A DNA stretch of 62,000 bases from Octopus vulgaris (lineage: Eukaryota): NCBI GenBank assembly GCA_951406725.2, contig OX597819.1, positions 93,330,001-93,392,000 on the forward strand, in the 5' to 3' direction. How positions within the stretch are numbered: position 1 is the stretch's first letter; the number at the start of each line of letters is the position of its first letter. A program made the position numbers and the translations under genes. Shown here in pieces: positions 53,887-62,000 of the stretch. Under the pieces are notes generated by a model. The model ran no database searches and was not told the origin of the DNA. It was given only the letters and a program-made list of their open reading frames with translations.

Positions 53887-56230
53887 TACATACGCACACG
53901 TATTCACACTTAAATATAAGAAAATGTTAACATTTTTGTACTATAATTGTCAGGGACAAGTACCTCTGACAAAGAAATTATAGGAAATCGGTGTGTCCTT
54001 TTTTAAGGAAATTTGATGCCCTTTTACCGGCTTGTGATAGAATTTTGGATGAACCTGAAGGTTTATGACAGACACTAAACGTGAATTATTTTTTCCTGTC
54101 GTTCCCATTTAGTTCAATAAAAATAATGTCTCATCGGAAACATGACTTTTCTTACTGCTGCTGCGTCTATCATAACTGCTTATTAAAACACATGAGATAA
54201 CTGCTTATTCAAACAATAATGTGACTGAGGTTCTTGGCATTCTCAGCTTGATCAATCGTTAACATTTGGTTGCAAAACAAATGAGAGGGTTACTACAAGA
54301 TACCCTTGTCATTGTGGCGATAGCAGTCAACTTTATCAAATCGAATGCACTTCAAGTTCTTTTTGAGGAAATTTGCGACAAAATTGACGGAAACTTTGAA
54401 AGTCAATTGATGCATACAGCAGTGCGATGATTATCAAAAGATAATTGTCTTTGTTGCTTTGTGGAACTTTTGGACAATATTGTTCCATTTCTAAATAATA
54501 AGTAACTTTATGAACAGCTGATTGCTGCCAGATGTAATATATTTTATCTCCCAGACATATTTCAGAAGCTTAATTTTCTGATCAAACAGTTATAAGGAGA
54601 AAATGATAATCTAATAACTCGCAAAGAGACTATTAATGCTTTCATTGAAAAACTCAAGCTATTCAGAAATAATTATAGGATGTCGAGAGTTGGTGCAGTT
54701 TCTGACTGTGTTCATAGAATCTGAATTGAAAGTTGATAATATTTTCATTTGTTGAGCCTTTTAAGTATTAGTACAAGTGATATGAAAGTTCGGTTCAGCG
54801 ACTTACTCGAGACGAATATTTCAGAATACTATGCTTGTAATAAACCTCTTCTGTCACCTTCTTCTTGCGACGGACGCAATATCTTTCAGAGTTGATAATA
54901 CCTGGAATCGTTGATGTCTGCTGGGCTGTGAAGGTTTACGCTCTAACCCAACTTAAAAAGTACTAACAGCACCACGATTCATTTGGAATTCTCAGTCGTC
55001 GTCTCTTGCTGGGAGAAGCCTTTGAGCCATCTGTGTCAGTCAACTGAATTCAGTATTTGATGGAGACATATTTTTGTTACATCCAGTAAAATGAAAGATC
55101 CTCGAAAGCATTTGAACTCCAAACGTAAAGAACGTAACTACAGCAGCTCTAACGGTCCTGCCAGTTTACCAGTCATCAGCAAAATGGTGAAACGGAACTA
55201 AAGTTTTACAAATTTTCAAAGGAGAAACTATCTCAAATTTATGAGTTTTTAAAATTTAAAGATCCCTAGTTTGTAAAAGATAACAGGACTTTGAATTATT
55301 CTGCATCTATTGACTTCACGTTCTGAGTTCAAATTACGCCGTGGCCGACTTTGGACTTCATTCACTTGGGGTTCGATAAAATAAGTACTAGTTAAGTATC
55401 GGGGTCGATGTAACTGACCATCCCCCTCCCCATTTCCAGCCTTGTGCTTGCAGTAGAAGCGATTATTTCTAACATAAACAAAGCAGCGAGTCGGACAAAA
55501 TGCCTAGCAGCATTTATTTCGACTCTTTATATAATGAGGACAAATTGCGCCAAGATCGTTTTCGCCTTTCATTCTTTCAGGGTCGATGAAATAAGTACCA
55601 GTCAAGTACTGAAGTCTTGGTTGTCAACTAAACCCCACCCCTAAAAATTGCTGGCCTTGTGCAAAAATTAGGATAAACTCGTTCAGACATAAGCACAAAA
55701 CCTGAAAGTTAGAGAATAGAATTCGTCGATTAAATCAACATCTTACTTTATTTATGCCACACCAAAGTTGGTTCTAGGAAGATTTGAACTCGAAACCAAT
55801 GCGATGATAATTGCTTGTAAAGGCGGTGAGCTGGCAGAAACGTTAGCGCGCCGGGCTAAATGCTTAGCGGTATTTCATCTGTCTTTACGTTCTGAGTTCA
55901 AATTCCGCCAAGATTGACTTTAACTTTTCATCCTTTCGGGATCGATAAATTAAGTACCAGTTGCGCACTGGGGTCGATCTAATCAACTGCTCCCTCCCCC
56001 AAATTTCGGGTTTCGTGCCTAGAGTAGAAAAGGTTAATAATTGCTTATAATATAAGGACGAGGCCAGAAATTGGCGAGTTGATTATATCCATCCCAATGT
56101 TCGACTGGCACTTATTTCATCAACGCCGAAAAGATTTAAGGTCGACCTCAATGGAATTTGAATTCACAGCGCTAAGACTGACAAAATTCTACAAAGCATA
56201 TTGTCTGTATGTAAACGATTCTGATATCAA
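51895..56230. repeat. Dense field of family B SINEs in both orientations (+: ~51895, 55290, 55480, 55821; -: ~52715, 53225, 53475, 55050, 56045)
   Basis: A shared TTCTGAGTTCAAATT..GACTTT..CATCCTTTCGGGGTCGATAAA..AAGTACCAG core occurs on either strand. Confidence 0.75.
54222..54720 (+). pseudogene. hAT (Buster/Charlie, ZBED5/SCAND3/FAM200-like) transposase relic
   Basis: Reading INR*HLVAKQM..AVNFIKSNAL..LFEEIC..LMHTAVR*LSKDNCL..FYLPDIFQKLN.L..QL*GENDNLI..INAFIEKLKLF matches the HRxHLVAK / LLHTEVRWLSKG / YLxDIFxKLNxLNxxLQG motifs, with in-frame stops. Confidence 0.85.
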
Positions 56231-56421
56231 TTGTATGAAAGCAAGAGCGATAACAATTGATAGAAAAGTAGATAGATATACGTACATACGATTGTGTGCG
56301 CGCGCATGCCTGAATGCGTTTTGAACATATATATTAAGAATCTCAGATGAGTAGGAAGAGGACGAGACGTTTAGGCGGTGGAGCAGATGTCAGTTTGATT
56401 TAATGCCAGAGCTCGAATAAC

Positions 56422-56830
56422 TCTCTTTACTCTTTTACTTGTTTCAGTTATTTGACTGCGGCCATGCTGGAGCACCGCCTTTAGTCGAGCAAATCGACCC
56501 CAGGACTTATTCTTTGTAAGCCTAGTTCTTATTCTATCGGCCTCCTTTTCCCGAACCGCTAAGTTACGGGACATAAACACACTAGCATCGGTTGTCAAGC
56601 GATGTTGGGGGGACAAACACATACACACAAACACATACACAACACATTATATATACATATACATATATACGACGGGCTTCTTTCAGTTTCCGTCTACCAA
56701 ATCCACTCACAAGGCTTTGGTCGGCCTGAGGCTATAGCAGAAAACACTTGTCCAAGGTGCCACGCAGTGGGACTGAACCCGGAACCATGTGGTTGGCAAG
56801 CAAGCTACTTACCACACAACCACTCCTGTG
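56422..56830 (-). mobile_element. Family A SINE, full length, minus strand
   Basis: CTCTTTACTCTTTTACTTGTTTCAG...CTACTTACCACACAACCACTCC, closely similar to the 18240 and 19148 copies. Confidence 0.88.
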
Positions 56831-57428
56831 CGCCTTTCTTTTTTCTCTCTGATCGTTAAAAATAAGGTGCAGCCAAGAGCAAGGTGCGATCCAAGCAACA
56901 GTTCTCTTCCATACTAAAGTAAAATATAATAATAATAATAACATTGTAGCCTTGTGCATGTCATAGAAATTAATATGACCATCGTCATCATTATCATCAT
57001 CATCATTATTATCAACATCTTTTATGATCATCCTTATTCATTCATCATCGTCATTCATCATTTCTGTATCGTTCGCCGCAAATTTCTGTTTCTTTTTTTT
57101 TTTTTTTTTTTTTTTTCCTGAAGTAGGAAATGCAAACCATGAGGTAAAGTGATTAATTTTTTTTTATCAGTTAGTTACTTCCACGTTCCTATGCGACTAT
57201 TTCCATGAGATAACTCACTCATTCCCTAGGCACACACATGCAGACATAGAAACACGTGTGCGCTCCCACTCACACATGTATACTTACGTACGCAAACTCA
57301 CAAAGAGGGAAAGGTGGCGTATTTGGCTTATATATGTGGATGTGGCTGTGCGCCAACTTCATGCAATATCATTTTACTAATGACGTTTAAGAACGTGGTT
57401 AAATATACCAACATACATACATACATAC

Positions 57429-57462
<34 letters not shown>

Positions 57463-57981
57463 GTGTGTATGTATGTATGTATATATATACATGTGTGTAT
57501 GTGTGTATGTATATATATACATGTGTGTATGTATATATATACATGTGTGTATATATGTATGTATATATATATACATGTGTGTATATATGTATGTATATAT
57601 ATATATGCATGTGTGTATTTATGTATGTATATATATATGCATGTGTGTATATATGTATGTATGTATATACATGTATGTATGTATATACATGTATGTATGT
57701 ATGTATGTATGTATGTATGTATGTATGTATGTATGTATATGCATGTGTGTATGTATGTATGTATATATATGCATGTGTGTATGTATATACACACCTACAC
57801 TCAAATACATTCACACGTATACACGTATCCATATTTACATGATGTATGTATGCCTGTACATATGGATATATAAACATACACACACATACATGCATGTAAA
57901 CTCACGCATATCCATTTTACTAATGACTTTTAAAAGCCTGATTATATATCTATATATACGTGAGCCTTTCTATGTGTGCAT

Positions 57982-58039
<58 letters not shown>

Positions 58040-58214
58040 GTATGTATGTAGGTATGTATATATGTATGTATATCCACACACAATATTCATTCATGCATTT
58101 CTTACAAGTGTATGTAGGTGCGTGCTTGTTCCGAACATAAACAGTCAAGACTCCACATATAATGACGTGTATTATTCGTAGAATCGCATACACCTCCGCA
58201 CCTCCACACATACA

Positions 58215-58245
<31 letters not shown>

Positions 58246-58488
58246 GTACAGATACGCACGCATTACACCATATACATACGTCACACAAAACAAGCATAAT
58301 TTTTACACACATACGCAACACACAAAAACTATTTCATTGAGAGGATTCTGTGAATGGTTTTATTTTTTTGTTTGTTTGTTTGTTTGTTTGTATTCTTTAC
58401 TTGTTAGCTTTATCAAGTTCAGCAACATAGAGTTTCCAACGCATAACATCGAACCATACATACATTTATGCATCTTATCCATCAATCC

Positions 58489-58528
<40 letters not shown>

Positions 58529-58762
58529 TCATACGTACATGCATGCATTACGTTACATTAGCATTGCATTACACACATAGGCAGAGATTTTAACAGTTTC
58601 AACCTGTCAGATATGATAGTCTTACTACAGCTTCAATAATACTATATATCCATTTAGCTGGATTTGTTTTTAGATGGGTTTTTTGGCAAAAACTTGTAAA
58701 GCTTTAACGATAGGGAGTTTAGCTGAATTGCTTTACATTGCTTTCATGCAACCGCACGCACA

Positions 58763-58813
<51 letters not shown>

Positions 58814-59770
58814 GCACACATGCACGCACGCACGCACGCTCGCACACATACGTACGCTCGTATAAGCTTCTTGTATATGTTAATAATACCTGTATGTATG
58901 TATGTATGTATGTATGTATGTATGTATGTATGTATGTATGTATGTGTATAGTATAATACATAAATGTATGTAGGTATATACTCTGTGTGTGTGTAAATAT
59001 ATATACACACACTCACATGTCATGAGAAACACGCTATCTTAAAGATAGCGTATTTGTTATTGCCATATCTATGTTGAGTTTTCTAGATTCGTTTCTTTGT
59101 GCGCTGAATCCAGATGTCGCTAAAGTTAACTTTGTCTCCCATTTCATTCTTTAAAAGGCCTTAAATATAATAAAATTTCAGTAGTTCAGACGAGGGTTCG
59201 TCTAACCTCATTTCCCGTTACTCTCGCTGCCTTCCACTCTGAAACAAATCAGCTATGCGCTGACTTCTATACATAAGATGTCCAAGAGATATTGTATGTC
59301 ATATCGGCGTTCTGGCGATTGCAGCAAGGTGTGGAGACCCAAGGAAAAGAGAATGTCTATATAGGAGCAGGCATGACTGGTAGAAATAACAACCGAATCT
59401 TCCTTTAAATATGCCTTATGCAGGCATGAAGTAGTTAAGAAGCTCGCTTTGTATGCCACATGGTTTCAGATTTGGTCTCACTGCGCGGCACCTTAGGCAA
59501 GTTTCCTCTACTATATTCCCGGGCTGACCAATGACCTCTGAGTGAATGTGACAAGCAGAAACTGTGCTGAAGCCCATCTTATCTGTATATATTTATGCGT
59601 CTTTGTGTTTGCCACCCACATACACACACAGCCCCACTGACAACCGGTGTCAGCTTTGTTTACGTCCCTGTAGCTTAGAGATTCGGCAAAAGATACCAAT
59701 TGCATAAGTACCAGACTTTAAAGTATGTACTGAGGTCGATTTCTCCGACTAAATCATTCAAGGTTGTGAC

Positions 59771-60173
59771 CAGCGCTAGATTAACCATTAAGCAAAATAT
59801 AAACGTGCTTAGGGCATCAAAGGAAGTGGGGGTACTACAGAAATGGTACTTACTAAAATAATATTCGAGGTAGCGTAAGTGATCGGAAATATAATTTCTA
59901 AGTGTTCATGGTGTCATAGTGAGGATTTGATTGAAGATTTTACAATTAGAAAAAAGTAGGAGAAAATTTTTGAAATATAAAGTGGAAGCATAAAAAAAAG
60001 ATAAAATAAACATTTCCTCCCATCTTACTCTTGGTTTTGCTTCATTTTGAAAAACAAAAACAAAAAAGAATCATTTTATGGCTTATTATTGTTTAAATTT
60101 TGAATTACACGTATATGGTGGCACTAAAATCTTTTAAGTGCTTAGGACCTCAATGGGTCTTAATCCGGCCCTG
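59771..60173. mobile_element. hAT-type MITE inserted into a SINE
   Basis: Ends CAGCGCTAGATTAA and TTAATCCGGCCCTG, with 8-bp flanks GTTGTGAC / GCTGTAAC (6/8 identical). The SINE tail resumes at 60182. Confidence 0.55.
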
Positions 60174-60796
60174 GCTGTAACCCTGCATGACCACAGTCCG
60201 TTGACTGAAACCAGTAAAAGATTTTAAAATGTGCATATATGTGTGTATATACACCCATTCATAAGTGTATATACAGCCATATACATACCTGTGTGAATAC
60301 GGGTTTGGACTTTACATTTGATAAGAAGATACGATGATAGATTAATATTCGCAGAATTGCGACTCATTTTAAATTCATTGAAATATTATATACATTCGTG
60401 TACATACACCTATAGAGGCACGTGCACCCCCCACCACAATATTTATAAGCATACACACATTTGTACGTACATACACGTAAGCATACAAACGTACACAAGT
60501 ACTGGCAAGTGTACATAAGCCCATATATGTCTATACGTATATACACACAAACACACACACATCCCTTCTTGGAAAAAGAAAGACGCCGTCGTGGCGTGCA
60601 ACGTGTCTTGGGTATTTAAATCTCTAACGAAGTCCATTCCTCTGCGAGTCTGCAAACAGCTGATTTCTTTCATAAAGGAATGCAATCAGTGAAAGGAAAA
60701 TTGAGAGAAGAATATATTGCACAAATGAATTGCAGCTTTATGCATGCATACATACATATATACATACACACACACACACACACACAAACACACAAA

Positions 60797-60878
<82 letters not shown>

Positions 60879-61645
60879 CCAGAGACATAGTAAATTGGAG
60901 GTAGTCTGTCCCCCGGTAGTCTGAGAGGGCTCAGAAATTTAGCTAGCCAATCATGCCGGCAACTTAAGGTGGTGGGTGCCAAAAGTACTTTTGACTTCAA
61001 GCATTGAAACCCTGTCTATGCCATGCATACATATATGTATATGTGTATGTATGTGTCTGTGTTTGTAATTGTAGTTCTGATGACGCCTGTTGAGGTAGAA
61101 ACACGTGTTCGTGACTGTCCTCTTAACTCGAGACAATGCACCAGTTAAATTCATATCAAATTTGGACAATTCTCGTGTCTTAAGATTATCTTCCCTTTCT
61201 CATACGAATATCAATTGCCATGTGTAATTGGGAGACATCCCCTAGAAGCGGATATAATTTTAATAAATCAAGAATTTATTGTTATTTATATCTATATGTA
61301 CATTCAATTATGCACTCAGACACACAAACAATAATGTATATGTATACATTTATATACTTTTATACACATATACATATATATATATATGTATGTATGTATA
61401 TATGTATGTATATGTATGTATGTATATGTATGTATATATGTATGTATGTATATGTATGTATGTATATGTATGTATGTATATGTATGTATATGTATGTATG
61501 TATATGTATGTATATGTATGTATGTATATGTATGTATATATATGTATGTATGTATATGTATGTATATATATGTATGTATGTATGTGTATGTATGTAATGT
61601 ATGTATATGTATGTATGTAATGTATGTATGTAATGTATGTATATG

Positions 61646-61690
<45 letters not shown>

Positions 61691-61775
61691 GTATATGTAT
61701 ATATATATATGTATATATGTATATATGTATGTATATGTATGTATGTATGTATATATGTATGTATATGTATGTATG

Positions 61776-61810
<35 letters not shown>

Positions 61811-62000
61811 GTATACATATATGTGTGTACATGCGCACGTGAGCATATATGTTTACATACACGTGTAAATATATGCGTGTATATATGTGTTTGTGTGAAT
61901 GCGCATGTGTGTAAATGCGTGTTTGTATTTCTGATTTTCTCTTTTCGTTCTTGGGAATATAGAAAAGCTTTTGTAAACTCAATGGAAAGCCACAATGAAG

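Overview
AT-rich eukaryotic genomic DNA in which a large part is simple repeats ((TA)n, (CA)n, (TACA)n, (GATA)n, (GA)n). The SINE families and microsatellite density point to a coleoid cephalopod, most likely Octopus (inference). Nearly all ORFs in the supplied track are microsatellite translation artefacts. One real host gene is visible: the first coding exon of the T-type voltage-gated calcium channel Cav3 (+, 24203-24717). It ends at a perfect minor-spliceosome donor (CC|ATATCCTTTT), opening an AT-AC U12-type intron with no visible exon 2 in the remaining ~37 kb. The rest is mobile-element debris: a deleted mariner, a Tc1 interrupted by a SINE, a hAT (Buster/Charlie-like) transposase relic, a CR1/L2 relic, Helitron/Helentron-like elements, MITE-like hairpins and many tRNA-derived SINEs in both orientations. 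The most unusual signal is about 15 minimal type-I hammerhead-ribozyme-like motifs with palindromic stem III, of the kind associated with Penelope-like elements. Some sit in both arms of fold-back elements and carry a compensatory U3:A8 core. Several others lie in sense orientation inside the Cav3 U12 intron. All structures were read by eye; none was tested computationally.
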